Source: Octopus sinensis
Taxonomy: Eukaryota
Reading direction: 5' to 3'
DNA length: 64,000 nt
Assembly (NCBI RefSeq): GCF_006345805.1
Contig: NC_042997.1
Span: 1,426,001 to 1,490,000 of the forward strand
The position numbers and the translations under genes were made by a program. Positions 13,511 to 29,412 of the stretch are shown here, in pieces. The notes beneath the pieces are model-generated. The model did no database searches. It was given only the letters and a program-made list of their open reading frames with translations, and was not told the DNA's origin. Position 1 is the stretch's first letter. Each line of letters begins with the position of its first letter.

Positions 13511-14798
13511 TGATCTCAGATACCTCCCCTTCTGAAAGTGAGAAGGGTATCTCAATACTGGTATAGCCCATTTATTTGTTGTTTCTCCTCCTCCTCCTCC
13601 TCCTCCTTCTTCTTCTTCTTCTTTTAATAAATAATCAAGGTGGTAGAGAGAGTAACATGTATTTTATATCGTGGAGGAGAGATACAAAGCGAGATATTTC
13701 TAATTTGATGACTTGAATCAGCTTCATGAAAAAGTGCACACACACAAGCACACACACACACAAATACAGACACAGACAGGCAGACAGACACACAAGCACA
13801 AAGAGGAAGACAAGAAAAAAAAAGAAATTACAAAAATAAATAGATGAACGAACTGAGTGAATCCATTTTCATACTATGTATCAACATAAAGAAACTATTG
13901 ATTTTCTCATTCCCAAAAGCCCATGCCTCTAAACAAGTGGAATATGCCAAAAAGCATATCCCAGTACTTGCTATAAATTGGAAAATATACATATTAAATG
14001 TATAAGCACGCACGGATTTATTATGCGACAATAACATGAAACTGTTATGAGCACGCACCAATCTCGCTGTGTTTCAATTACATAACTCCTATAATATGAC
14101 ATATGCCAAGCCAGGATGTCAAAGATCAAAGAGATTCTCCTCAATATTATCGTCAAAGAGGTGGAAAAATGAAAAAAATAAAAGGAGAAAGAAACACGTG
14201 AGCACTGTGATATATATCTTGAACTCTTCTAATGAAAACATTTGAGAAGCGTTTGCAAAAATACAGCTTCGGAATGGAAACAAACATGTTTGCAATATTG
14301 AAGGAAAAACCTCTTCCAATAATTTGATCAGGGTTATCGTAAAAAAACGTTTATGAATGTATAAACGACGTAACAACGTTAGAAACAAACAGTGTTCTCG
14401 CAGGTACATTGTAAACAGCCTTAATATATTTTGCAGAGTACGGTGTGTATCACCTAATAACAATAAACGCATTCAAAACAATCGAACGGGAAGGAATTAA
14501 ACTAATGCGTTAACTTCAGAAATCCGACTTATTACAAGCCCCATGATCTTATATAATAATCAATTTGGTTCATTATATTATGTGTGATATCTTTTCTACA
14601 ACAGAGTTGAACCGGTTGGAATTATGCAAATTTGCAAGGATTATCGAAGGAATAACATGATTTAAGTTTTATGGCTTGTCGCAAAAACCACACACAAAAG
14701 CGAGCCTCATAGACCTGTACACACTCACACTCTCACCCACACACCCACACACACATTAATGCACGGATACATACGCAAACTCATACACACACATATAT

Positions 14799-15206
14799 CT
14801 CTTTTACTCTTTTACTCTTTTACTTGTTTCAGTCATTTGACTGCGGCCATGCTGGAGCACCGCCTTTAGTCGAGCAAATCGACCCCAGGACTTATTCTTT
14901 GTAAGCCCAGTACTTATTCTATCGGTTTATTTTGCCGAACCGCTAAGTGACGGTGACGTAAACATACTAGCATCGGTTGTCAAGCAATGCTAGGAGGACA
15001 AACACAGACACAAAAACATACACGCACATACATATATATATACATATATACGACGGGCTTCTTTCAGTTTCCGTCTACCAAATCCACTCAAGGCTTTGGT
15101 CGGCCCGAGGCTATAGTAGAAGACACTTGCCCAAGGTGCCACGCAGTAGGTCTGAACCCGGAACTATGTGGTTGGTAAACAAGCTACTTACCACACAGCC
15201 ACTCCT
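14799..15206 (-). mobile_element. tRNA-SINE family A (copy 2)
   Basis: Closely matches the copies at 5411 and 28986. Confidence 0.92.
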
Positions 15207-15276
15207 AATTATATATCATTTATAACCATACGCTCCATTGAAACAATTGACTGAAAAGTGACTGATGGTTCGGCGC

Positions 15277-15631
15277 ATTATTTTTCAGTGAATTGTTTAG
15301 GTTTAGTCGCTTTAATTGGAGCATATATTATATATAAGATATAATTATAGCTATTATTAAAAAAGACATATGCGTGTCGTTCTTCTTCGTAACTTACAGC
15401 CTTCGGAATTGTTCATAAATTTGTAAATATATATTTTAGTCTGAAATTATCTATACATTAAAATTGGCTGAAGTTGATGGCAAGGCTATATGGGTTGATT
15501 CCGTGCGTACCGATTCATGAAAGCATTGATATCATGTTCAATTCGCAGAGGTTTGGCCCATCATTCGTCAGTAAATTGTTTAGGTTTAATCACTTTAAGT
15601 GAAGCATATATTATCTCATAATATAATAATA
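15277..15631 (+). repeat. Degenerate ~70-bp direct repeat, ~283 bp apart
   Basis: CAGTGAATTGTTTAGGTTTAGTCGCTTTAATTGGAGCATATATTAT versus CAGTAAATTGTTTAGGTTTAATCACTTTAAGTGAAGCATATATTAT. Confidence 0.7.
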
Positions 15632-16135
15632 AGCGTAGGGAATTTATGTCCAAAATTACAGAGTAGGAGTAGGAGAAACAGTAGTATGTGTGAAGGGAGA
15701 GGAGAGAAAATAGCAATTCAGTAAAGGAGAAGTAGTAAGAGTAATAGCCCTGACTAACAAAGACTTAGAAAATGTAAGAGCAATGAGAGTAAGGAAGTGG
15801 TTAAGAGCGCATCGTGTATCTTCTATTTTTCTCCGCCACAACATATGAATGAGAAAGGAAGGGGTGATAGAGGAATAACAAGGGAAGGGGTGAAAAAATC
15901 AGCGTTTCAACTTTGTGAGTATAGATCTGTGAATGTAAGAGGGAGATATGTGAATGTTTTTGTATGTGTGTGTGTGTGCAATGGAAATGAAATGGTGAAC
16001 GATCAATGCTGAAAGGAAAAAAATCAAACAGTATTTTAATTCTAATTGAGCATGTATGTGTAGGCATGTGCATGTACGAAGGAAGTATGTGATTGTTTGC
16101 GTCTGTCAAAATTATGTACCTTATTTTATACCTTT

Positions 16136-16526
16136 CTAGCAGTATCGTCCGGCGTTGCTCGAGTTTGTTTCGACCATTTAGGATTGCAATGTTTGAAAAG
16201 TTAAAATTTTGCATTATGTAGCTTGTTATTCTCTTTAAGTGAACATTTTTCTGGTTGAAATACACCGACAATTTGCGACACATCAGTCGAAAAATCGTAA
16301 AAAATAGGGATTTTCATAAAAAAAGCGCCTTTTTGATGTAAATAATTTTTGGTCTTAACATGGTTCGATTTGAATTTTATCTTCTACTGACCAAGGAGGA
16401 AGCCTTCTTCTATCATACTCCCTACTGTTGGTCAACTTGCGCAGCAGGGTCTCGGCGGAGATTGTGTTAGTTGAAGGGTACCAAACCTGCCACACAGACA
16501 ATTTCAGCTTTATATATAGAGAGAGA
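16136..16526 (-). mobile_element. Non-autonomous Helitron, ~390 bp
   Basis: Minus strand starts TCTCTCTCTATATATAAAG after an A and ends with a GC-rich imperfect hairpin (CTCGAGCAACGCCGG) followed by ACGATACTGCTAG. Confidence 0.75.
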
Positions 16527-18763
16527 TTTACGTATATAATACTACGATTAGGCGTCATGCTTGAAGGTACAGTGTCAGCTAGTTGTAAATATATAATTAT
16601 AGTTTACATTATATATATATTTTTATTTATTTATTTATAATTGAATGAGCTACATGTGTGGTCGGTCGCTGTCTTAGCTAAATTTTCAGGTATTTCCTCC
16701 AGCCCATATTTGTGTGAGGAAAAAGAAAATTTCTCATAAGCAACTTCTTGATAGAAATAGATCCTAAGCGCTACAACTTAATAACTTCAGAGTCCAGTGA
16801 TAAGCAATAAGGTAAGTTCTGGTTAGTGAAGATTCCTTGATTTTCTAGGGTTTATGAAAACCCATATTCCTCCATTACAATACCGACATCTTCGGTATAG
16901 ATAAATCTTTTACGATGACTAATTAGTCTGCATATGTTGTCACAGTTCTTGCATGTTAGTTATATTATAACGCTGCTTAATATAACTATTTTGCAAATAA
17001 TTTTCTCAAAGACAAACATTAACGGAGTAATGGGGCAGATAAGCTTGCTAAACTAAGAATTTGATTTGAAAATACTTTTGATATATATAACATTTTAGTC
17101 AAATGGAAACGGGTTATATTTAGATTTTCCCCTAGTCAACCCTATGATGACGTTTATTAGAGGGACCTGACTTACCCACATCTCTATATAAAACGTGTTT
17201 CCGTTTGCTTTCATGCGATCTGGAGATTGTGATCTGTAACCAAGAGATGGATACACTTTAATCTGTAAGAATCATGATCAGCTCGGAGAAAATATTAAGC
17301 TGTGCCATATTTCCATTATGGATTTGAGAAGGCACCCACCTCGCTAATTCCGTGGTTTGAAGCTTTGTAATATAATATCTCATTAAACTTCCAACATCAA
17401 AGGCCATGCTTAGCTCTTGTATTTACTATATAAATTATTTATTTTATATTTCAGACCATTTAATGGATCATTTGAATCCTATTCTTTCACTCTTCGCTGA
17501 CGTAGGTAGAAGAAAATAGCCCTCAAAATATAATCTCGATTTCCCAATAGGCTTTTGTGCAACGCCAGAAATTTTAGGCATTATATGCGCCTAGTATGAC
17601 AATAAGCACAATATGAATTGAGTGAAGATGTTTTCTTTGTGGCCTCTCGTATCAGCCACACACACACACACACACACACACATACATACATACACACGTA
17701 GTTTCTGTTTACATATACCATACAGTTGATTTACTCATATCAATATGCAGGATTTATTCCCAATAACATATCAGATTACATGAAGGAAAAAGAAACAAAA
17801 TACTCCCTATTCTACCATAATCGGTCTCTTGCCTCAAGACAGCGTTGATTACAACATATATTGTGGCTACCGTGTTACCCCTCCACGTCGAGAAACATAC
17901 CTTGATATCTCAAAAACTGTAGGCTAATTCTACCATAAACCCTGATTCTGAGCGAGAAATTCCAGAAATCTTCGGTTTGCTTATTATCATAACCTCTTTA
18001 TCTACAGATTTAAAAAGGCTAATATAGTCACCTTTCTTTTTGGCCCACAGCCATTATTTATGAAAATAAGTAGAACAAAGAGAGAATAAATTACTGACGT
18101 ATGTCCAGAGCAAGTGAGAAAACGGATCTTGGGCTTCCCCTAAGGTCTTACATTCTATTACATTGGCGATCGAACTTTGGATGTTTGCCACGGTTATTGA
18201 GAACATTTTTTCCTTGATAATCTTGCGTTTTGCACAAAAGAGCCTGTCATGTGGTAACTAGGGAAGAGTACATCAATGCACGCATTCCTCCTGACTAAAT
18301 TTGTTTCTTCTACGTTATGCAACATGAGTCAACCCAACGTTCACATTAAGAAAAAGTGCGATGTTCTGTAATGTATTTGGCTTTGAATTTTTTTGTGGGG
18401 GGTTATGAGAATTTCTATTTTGGTTGCCGTTTGTGTTTGTTACAGATGTTCCTGTTCTGTTAGTGATATTTCTTATACTTGCGTATTTTCTTGTTGTTGT
18501 TGACACTGGGTTGCGATAAAGGTTGACGCTTTTATGGTTTTAGTGATACAGATGCATAGGTATTTGATGTTGCTTTGTGTTGCCCCATAAATGTTTCTGT
18601 CTTAATGAACAAGTGAAAATATTGGTTTATTTCCTTCTTGCCCACGAAGATTTATTCATTTTTCTCTTCCGCTTGGTGCTTGACAGGAAATTGGTGGAGT
18701 CGGAGAAATACAAAGAAATGAACTAAAAATAACTAGTGGTAGAATTAGTTGATGTAGTAGTAG

Positions 18764-19020
18764 TAGTAGTAGCATTGGCACTAGTAGTAGTAATAGTAAA
18801 AGAAGATGAAGAATATGAAGAAATGGAAGAAGGAGAAGAGGATGAGGAAGAAGAAGAAGTAGAAGAAAAAAAGGAGGAGGAGGAGAAGAAGAAGAAGAAG
18901 AAGAGGAAGGAGACGAAAGAGAAGAAGAAGAAGAAGAAGAAGAAGAAGAAGAAGAAGAAGAAGAAGAAGAAGAAGAAGAGAAGAAGAAGAAGAAGAAGAA
19001 GAAGAAGAAGAAGAAGAAAG
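18764..19020 (+). repeat. (TAG)n / (GAA)n / (GAG)n compound microsatellite
   Basis: Direct reading. Confidence 0.95.
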
Positions 19021-20289
19021 ATGTAATGGAGTAATGAAATTCGAAATCATGCTTTCTCGCATAATATGTTAAATTTAAGAGAATTTTTTCGTATATCCTG
19101 AAACGTGTATCAATGCGTTTTAAATATATTTCTTTGGTGTCCACTTTTATCCTCTTTACAATCATTGTATTCGTGTTATACTTTTACTTTGTCACTGTAA
19201 ACTGCTCAGAATTAAACGATATATTTGATATCTCAGAATATTTCTCACTCTTCACAAATGCCATTAGATATTTTAATTTGAATGTTTTCTTTAATACTGA
19301 TAAAGTATTTCAAATCAAAATTATCCTATACACTTGAAGTCGATAATTGATGTCATGGCGCAAAAAACTGAGAATTTTTTTTTAAATCGTTCAGAATGCA
19401 GATATTATGTCTAATACATTATTTTACAACACAAAGTATATAAAATGCTATTCTTGATGTTAATAGTGCACATGTATGTAAGCTTCAAAACATTTAATAT
19501 TGAGTTAGGTTGGTATTTCCAATGGTGTAAATAGCCAAGTGGCTAAAATGAGTTGGGTGGGAAGTTGCGGTACTTCCAGAGAAGCATTCAACCCTAACAC
19601 TGAGTTATCAACACTGTCGTTATCCATGCCATGGCTGGGATATTTCTAGTGTAGAAAAATAGAAGTTTATATAGTCATACGGTTTGGAGAAGAGTAAATA
19701 AGTCAATAAAAAGAACACAAAGAAAATATTTTAATATAACTTTCACATGTCCTCGTATCGGCTCCATTTACAACGGCAGTTTACGCAAAAATTCTAAACG
19801 AAAAACTATGTAGTATATGCAGTTTTTATGCATTAGAGAGGCATTTTATGAGTCTTGTATAAAATATATGTTATTACATTATCCTTCTATCAGACCTTCT
19901 TGTTATGAAAACATCGGGAGGAAATAAAACAACTGGTGTACGACTACTACGTGAGTGTACATATCTGGTGTGTATACGTGTATGTGTATACGTATGTATA
20001 CATATACGGGTGGATGTGTGACGGGCGAGCTATCGGCGTCACGTCGTGGATATTTTTATTTCTTCACAATATTTTCATAATAATAAGATCTGATAGACAC
20101 ACAATGTAATAGCACGTCTTTCATGCAAGTCTGAGGAAGTGCCTCTCCAAAGCCTAAATCAGCATATGCAGCGTAACTTTTCATTTAAAATGTTCGCGTA
20201 AATTGACGTTGCAAACGGAGTTGGTACGGAAACATTTGTAACTTATAATTAAATGTGTTCAAGAATATTCTGTCTTCTTCTTTTCGTTA

Positions 20290-20830
<541 letters not shown>

Positions 20831-22092
20831 GTATATATATATATAAATAGATGAGTGTATTTTTACCTTGTGTGCGTTTGTATAAACATGTGTAATCTAT
20901 TTCCATCTCAATGATATCAAATAAACTGCGCTAAACTGTGCAGCTGCCGGTAATATCTCCGCAATAAGTATGGGGAAATTTAAAGTAAATATGATTAACT
21001 GTCTATACAGTGCGTTCGTCTAAGTTCCTTTCTAGTATTAATAATATTTACTATTCGCAAACGCAAACGTACAAAGTAACATATATGACAACGATGTATA
21101 ATAGTGATGTATATTCTCCAGGGTTTGTTGCATTATTCGATAGTTATAAGTATTATTTTAAATTATTTGGTTGTATATTGAAAAGCTGGATATCGTCATA
21201 AACAATCTCCATTCATAATGCGTTTACCCACAGACATATATTTCAATGAAATTTTAAATTATTTATTCTGACACATGCAGTAAATGTAAGATACAAAATC
21301 GATAACGCTATACTTTTAAACTCATCAGGGATATCAATATTTGAATGTTAGAACTTTTAAAGAAAGTAAGCATCTAGTTGACAGGAATAATGATCAGTAT
21401 TTTCACAAATGTGAAGTAGGTAGAGGTATATATTTAAAAAATATAGCATATTTATATTTTCTTTAAGTTGACCAAGGGTATTATGATAGTAATGTAATGC
21501 TAAAAGATTTAGCATGTGACAATTATGTTTGATTTTATGGTCAATAAAATATAATGTATTGCCCATTGTTTATAACAGTTCGTGGTTTGTATTTATTTGT
21601 ATTACTAACAAGTGAACTTTTATGCTTCTTTTTGAAGGTTAGTGATTATATATATCCAGGGAGAGCTGCTTATTATATTATGAAGTCAGCACAGAGACGA
21701 TGGAGTAAAATATTAAGAGAATAAAATACTAAAATGAAGATATTAATTCTTGCGTTACGAAATCTCTCACACATATACCTGTATACATGAACATATTTCT
21801 CTGTTTCTTTCTTTCTCTCTTTCTCTCTAAGACACACGCATACTCCCATATACACCACTCACAGACACACTCACACATCATACTCATACGCATACATACA
21901 CTCAATCATTCACAACATTGGAAGAATACCCAAAATTGGTCCGCAAATAAACCGGAGGTGTTAGATAATTAGCTGAATTAAATCATGGTATTTGTGAATA
22001 AATCTATTACTTCAGACGCATTGCTTGTATCAGTTGATGACCTATCGATAACAGGACAATAATGTATACGTATGTGTTTGTGTATATATGTG

Positions 22093-22165
<73 letters not shown>

Positions 22166-22191
22166 ATAATATATATATATATATATATATA

Positions 22192-22420
22192 GTTAATCCA
22201 AACAAGAAAACACAGAAAAAAGAGAAAAAAAGAGAAAAAAAACAGCAAAGCAGGACGTGGAACAATTAAATTATTATTGACGCTCAGGAAAGAAGGGAAG
22301 GAGGGTTTAACGTTTCGAGCGGAGCTCTTCGTCGGAAACAAGGAGAAGGAAAGATCCCAAGGAGGGAAGACAGAGGAGACAATATTTGACCTGGTGGTGC
22401 TTAAGGGATCACATGTTGAA
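22192..22420 (-). mobile_element. HHR-bearing PLE-like terminal repeat, family H2 (copy 1)
   Basis: HHR at 22305-22339 (minus): GUUU-CCGACGA-A-GAGC(UCC)GCUC-GAAA-CGUU-AAAC. Abuts (TA)n; homologous to 27590-27785. Confidence 0.75.
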
Positions 22421-22659
22421 AGAACAAAATTTGAAGGTAGTTGAAAATGGTTTTATAATGCAAGAGAGTTCCAAAAAAGGGAATGCCTGTGTGTATGTGT
22501 GTGTGTGTGTGTGTGTGTGCAAGATGACAAGTGTGTTTGTGCGTGCGTGTGTGTGTGTGTGTGTGTATTTTTGGTGAATAAAGGTAATGACAAAGCCAGC
22601 TGTGGTGATGACTGCTAGCTGTTTGTGTCTAGCTAGGTCAACGCCAGGTCAAAAAACAT

Positions 22660-23153
22660 CATCGTGTGTGTGTTGTTTGTAGTGTGTGTGTGTGTACATG
22701 TGTGTGTTCGTGTGTGAATGCGTAGACTGTGGATGTGTGGCGTAACCTAGTACGTGTGTGCTTGTACGTGCGTGTGTGTGTGTAGGGGGATGTATATGTG
22801 GGTTCATTTGTGTGAGAGTGTATGTATGTGCGTGTATGTGTGCGTTTGTATGTGTTTGTGTGTATGTGTGCGTGCGCGGATAGGTGTATATTGTGTATGT
22901 ATATCTGTCGGTGTGTATGTGAGTTTGTGTGTGTTTGTACGCGTGTATGTGTGTGTGAGTGTATAGTATATATACATATGTAAATGTGTGTGTGTGTGCG
23001 TGTTTGTGTACGTGCGTGCGAGTGAATGTATGTATATATGTGTGCGTGTGTACAATGTAGGGGCTTATATGTGTGTTTATATGTGTGTGTGTATGTATGT
23101 GTGTATGTGTGTGTATGTGTATGTATGTATGTATATATATGCGTGTGTGTATG

Positions 23154-23190
<37 letters not shown>

Positions 23191-23314
23191 CATATATATA
23201 TATATATATAATATATACATATACATATGTGTGTATATATATATATATATAATATATATATATATATATGCATACATACATATATATATACATACATATG
23301 TATATATATATATG

Positions 23315-23346
<32 letters not shown>

Positions 23347-23351
23347 CATTA

Positions 23352-23393
<42 letters not shown>

Positions 23394-23400
23394 GAGAGAG
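22660..23400. repeat. Degenerate (TG)n, (TA)n, (GA)n compound array
   Basis: Direct reading. Confidence 0.95.
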
Positions 23401-25022
23401 AATAACGGGAAATTTAGGATGGACATTCATAAATTTAATGTATTGCTACGTATGTTTCCACAAACCATATGTTTCTCTTAGTTCCGTTCCGCATACATAC
23501 GATATAACAAATATGAGTTGAAATAACCATGGATTTTAACACTTATATAGGGACAGAGGAAATGAAAAATCGTTATAGGAAAGAAGAGATAGAGATAAGG
23601 GTTCAGTTACAGGTTGAAGGCGAGTTTTACAGGGCAAAGAAAGTATCCGCCAAACATGCTGGAATTCCCTTGACATGTATTTCGTACTGAAACAGAGATG
23701 ATCTTTATCAAGCCTATATGACCTTTGTCATAATCAAATTAATGAAATAATGGAAGGAATTTTTTCCATATATTATCATTAGGCATATATTTCGAATGCT
23801 GCTTATGAATTACGCCGCACAAAATGACGAAACACTCAATGAAACACCCTCAGAACACAATGTCAGTGAAATAACATTTCACGTTAGGCTGGAAGAGGCA
23901 CAACGTCCTTCAAAATATGTGAGCACTATTTTATTTATTTTTCTTTTACATGTTCAAATGTGTGACCGTTTCTAAAATTTAGTGTAGACAATTCTTGTTC
24001 AGTACATCTATGATCACAGATATCCCTGCAGGAAATATCGCCACATACACTCACACACACAAACACACATACACACGCACACACACATACACACACACAC
24101 CCACGCACACATACATACATACATACATACAAGCATACACGCACATGCTTTTCTTGTTTCCACATCTCACAATATTCTGTACTTAAAACCATACATATTC
24201 ATAGATTTATAAATATTCAGTTTATGTCTCATATATCGTTACTTTGCATTCTTTCTTATTCCTCTGTGATTTATGTGTCGTTTTTTCCCCCTACTTCTCA
24301 GTATATTTTACGAAACGTTCTCACTCTTGGTTAACAAATTTACATATGTGTCCACATTCAGACTTGTTGAGTAACTTTGTTTTGATAATAGGGGAGTTTC
24401 TATACTATAATATAACTTTTCTTTCAGTTTGTTTTTAGATATTTCCTATATATTTTTTCACTTTCATATTCCTCACTGTTTCGGAATATTCATATCTTTT
24501 CAATGTAACTCTAAACTTCACCGTATAATATGGATGTATTTAAATTAATTTTTTATTACTATTCTTTGTTTCAGTTTCCAATCCGTTTTCCTCTCATCAA
24601 AATTGTTCCCTATTTCAGATATTTCCTATATAAAATTTGTAATTCGTGATTCAAAATCACAGGCAATATGCGGGTAAGACAGGTGAAATGATCGAAACTA
24701 TGGCAACAGTGCTGTTAAAAAGGAGGAACACATGTGTACAAAGACAACCACACATAAACAAACATACATACATAGATACATGCCTACATTCATACAAAAA
24801 ACATCCTAGCGTAAATTTTGAAATTCCAATTAAAGAGCATTGGATCTATGTTAGAAACTGACTCCTCTAAGAAATTTTGAAGCAAAACTGAATAACATAC
24901 ATATATACATATATATTTCCATTACATACTCTCACATACACACACACACACATATATGCATACATATACCTCTATCTATCAACGTACCTGTCTATCTCAA
25001 TCTGTGTGTGCATATATATAAA

Positions 25023-25652
25023 TCAGGACATCCCACAAGTTCTGTCCGATTTCGACCTCTTTTTTAAATTGAATGAAATTTAAAAGTATTTTAGAATGTC
25101 TAATGGAATTAAAAATCATTTTAATGCATATGTGTACATTTAAACTAATTAAATATCATTTTACAGAATAATATAATAAAAATTCCTTTGATTAAAACCA
25201 TTTGTAACATGGAAGTATCCAAAGAGCATTTCAGGCACAAAATGCTTTATGAGTACAAAAAGGAAACCCTGCTGCCGAAGCGACACGAAACATGCACTCA
25301 ATTTATGGGAAAGAATGCTTGAATGAAAGAACTTGCAGAAGATGGTTTGCAAAATTCAGAAGTGGAGTCCAGTTGAATTTGATGATAAATTCCTTGAGGC
25401 ATTACTTGAATAAAATCCTGTATTATCAGTTGAAGAATTGGCAATATAGCTTAGTTCAAACCATACAACTGTTCATCGTCATCTTCAACAACTTGGAAAG
25501 CTTCCTAAACTTCGAGAATGTGTACCTCATGAATTGTCCGAAAACAAGCGCATGTTCCGAGTTGACATCTGCTCTTCTCGCAAACTCATTTCACCCTTTT
25601 TGGATAGACTTGTTACTGGTGACGAGAAATGGATCTTCTATCGAAATGTTAA
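25023..25652 (+). mobile_element. 5' half of a second mariner family
   Basis: TIR-like TCAGGACATCCCACAAGTTCTGTCCGA; ATG at 25209 gives MEVSKEHFRHKMLYEYKKG...TCRRWFAKFRSG, then CVPHEL and LVTGDEKWIFYRNVK, where it stops abruptly. Confidence 0.88.
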
Positions 25653-25766
25653 ACAGCCATATCAGGTTGAAAGCACCGGTTCTCGTCCGATCACCGAAGT
25701 TAAGCAACGTCGAACCTCGTTAGTACTTAGATGGGTGACAGCTTGGGAAACTTAGTCGCTGTAAGG
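25651..25766 (+). rRNA. 5S rRNA-derived copy (probable pseudogene or SINE3 head)
   Basis: GCCATATCAGGTTGAAAGCACCGGTTCTCGTCCGATCACCGAAGTTAAGCAACGTCG...TTAGTACTTAGATGGGTGACAGCTTGGGAA...GCTGTAAG matches metazoan 5S. The 3' half is diverged and no T4 terminator follows. Confidence 0.9.
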
Positions 25767-25775
25767 GTCACTCAT

Positions 25776-26191
<416 letters not shown>

Positions 26192-27034
26192 CTCATATAT
26201 ATTCCCCAGGCGTAATTGTTGTTGCTCTTGTTGGTATTGTTTTCTGGTGTTCTGGCGTCGAAGTCCTGTGGTAGTTTACATTCTGACAAGACAATCTCGT
26301 CGATTCATTTTTGGTATTTGTATTGATTCTGATCAAGCTGGGATCGTTGTTGTTACAGTTTCATCCACTTGAGTTCGTTACAGGCATGGTTAAACTTGGC
26401 AGTATTCTTGTTGGATATTTATCATGAATCTGACACTTTCGTGTGGTGTAGTGGGGTCTTTTAGTTCATGCAGCAGGACTCTCTTTCGTTTTGGGCACTG
26501 GTTGATTTCTGTGTATATTTTCTTTAAAGACACCAACACTGGTTGTCAAGCTGTGTCAGGTGACGAACACAAACACAAAAATACGCACAGAATCACATTC
26601 ATGCATCCATACATATATACTTATATACATACATGTGTATGTGTGTGTGTTTGTGTGCGGGTGTGATTGTGTGTGTATGTGTGTGTGGGGTGCGTGTGTC
26701 TGTGTCCGTTTAATCTGAATGAGGAAATATCGCTCAATGCTGCAAGGGGAGCAGATACGTTGTGAGACGGCATAGTTTAATGATAGTCAAAAATTTTAAA
26801 ATCCTTTTACTGTTATATAAGGGGCGATATGTTTTACTTGTGCTATTAATATATGAGTAATCAATCTATAATTTTTTATTCCTGCTTGGTTTAAATTCTC
26901 ACCTAATAGAGCGAATCACAATGCAACATCAAACTTTGAAGAAAGGCGTACTCAAATGCTCAGTAAAAAGCGGACAATAAGATATACCAAACCTGATTAC
27001 AATAGGCAGAATCAATGTATTTTATAATTCTATC

Positions 27035-27180
27035 TCTTATTGGTTTCAAAGTTTGACACAAGGCTGATGGTGTCGGGAGAGGGGGTTAAGTCGATTAGAT
27101 CGACCTATTGCTTAACTGGTACTTATTTTATTGATCCCGAAGTTTTGAGAATATATTATGACCTCGGGCGTATTTGAACA
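27035..27180 (-). mobile_element. Degenerate family-B (Nin-like) SINE fragment
   Basis: GTCGATTAGATCGACC...AACTGGTACTTATTTTATTGATCCCGAAG is the reverse complement of the family-B core. Confidence 0.65.
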
Positions 27181-27531
27181 CCTACGAACATGCACATACA
27201 TACACCACACACACACACACACATTCACACATACGCACACGCGTTTGATGACTCATTCCTTCTATACAAATAATCGACATCGCTGCCCGGCATTTATGGT
27301 GTGCACGTTATATTGAAATATTTGCATGCATGGATAAATACATACATACATATATACATACATAACAGCTAGTGAAGTGAACACGGAATTACCGATCGGA
27401 GCAATCTGCAACGCCTGTGGCTATTCGCCGCAGTAGTCATAGAGGTTAAATACTAATCGCTGTGGTTAGCAGTATCCTGGAGCATAAAAAAGAACAGTCA
27501 CATATCCGCCCAGGTAATATATCCCTCTAAG

Positions 27532-27589
<58 letters not shown>

Positions 27590-27591
<2 letters not shown>

Positions 27592-27785
27592 TAATCCAAA
27601 CATGAAAACACAACAACACAAGGACGTGGAACAAATATAGTATTATTGGACGCTCAGGAAGGAAAGGAAGATGTAGGATTTAACGTTTCGAGCGGAGTTC
27701 TTTGTCAGAAACATAGGAAAAGGAAAGATCCAGAGAAGGGAAGACGGAGGAAAAAAATCTCCAACGGTACACACGCGGTTGCATA
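27590..27785 (-). mobile_element. HHR-bearing repeat, family H2 (copy 2)
   Basis: Minus strand 27678-27712: GUUU-CUGACAA-A-GAAC(UCC)GCUC-GAAA-CGUU-AAAU. Adjacent to (TA)n. Confidence 0.72.
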
Positions 27786-28085
27786 CATAGATGCATACAT
27801 AAGCATCTATGTATATAAACGATGGAATCCCCTGTCGAAAGGAGTGTTCAATGTCAGCGTTCAATTTTTGCTGAACGACATGAACAATTATTTGGATTTC
27901 TTTATAAGAGTTAAATATAAGTGCTGTGTACTAGTTCCCTCCCTCCAGAATAAGGGCATTGACTGTACGTCTGCACAATTATGGCACTCGTCAAATCCCG
28001 AAATGATCGCAGAGCAACGTGAATTAAGTTGCTTTGCTGAATATACAATGTACTAATCACCAGACCACGCGCCTTCACACACACA

Positions 28086-28126
<41 letters not shown>

Positions 28127-28535
28127 TACACACACACACACACACATACGCACACACTTGAGTACCGGGCATCAGTTCAGAATTGTATTCTTTATATTTT
28201 ATGTAACGTGTATATAATCTAAGGACGCTACGATACTGCGGTTTTCAGAAAGCATCTCGTATAGACATGGAGTACTAATATGCACCGGAGTATAAGTACC
28301 AGTCGAAAATTGTGGAGTAGCGGGGGTGGAATTAAGAGATCCAAGAATGAAAAAGTGATAAACAAGTTACCAGTAAGTTGTTAATCGCTCTTCTAATATA
28401 ACAACCGGTGACGCAGCAAACAGGCAGAAATAGCTTGGAGACGCTTAGCACCCACAGGGGAAATTTAAATTAGTTCTTTTGTGTATGTATGTTATGATTC
28501 ATGTATCTATCCATGATTTTTATACAGACTCAAAC

Positions 28536-28933
<398 letters not shown>

Positions 28934-28985
28934 AAGCTGTCTACCTCTACACACATAAAATGTAGGGAGTTGTAGTTTTCCTATA

Positions 28986-29412
28986 CTCTTTTTCTCTTTT
29001 TTTTTTACTGTTTTTACTTGTTTCAGTCATTTGACTGCGGCCATCCTGGAGCACGGCCTTTAGTCGAGCAAATCGACCCCGGGACTTATTCTTTGTAAGC
29101 CCAGTACTTATTCTATCGGTCTCTTTTGCCGAACCGCTAAGTGACGGGGACGTAAACACACCAGCATCGGTTGTCAAGCAATGCTAGGGGAACAAACACA
29201 GACACACAAACATATTCACACACACACTTATATATATATACATATATACGACAGGCTTCTTTCAGTTTCCGTCTACCAAATCCACTCACAAGGCATTGGT
29301 CGGCCCGGGGCTATAGCAGAAGACACTTGCCCAAGATGCCACGCAGTGGGACTGAACCCGGAACCATGTGGTTGGTTAGCAAGCTACTTACGAAACAGCC
29401 ACTCCTGCGCCT
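28986..29412 (-). mobile_element. tRNA-SINE family A (copy 4)
   Basis: Full head to tail; CTATA on both flanks (possible TSD). Confidence 0.92.

Noticed and set aside
16600-18300. Possible decayed Penelope RT/GIY-YIG on the minus strand (FLDV- and NVIY-like words)
   Set aside because: The motifs are too short and scattered to call without a profile search.
18656-19165. Long ORFs rich in E/K/R or S/F/L
   Set aside because: Translations of a (GAA)n microsatellite, open in several frames.
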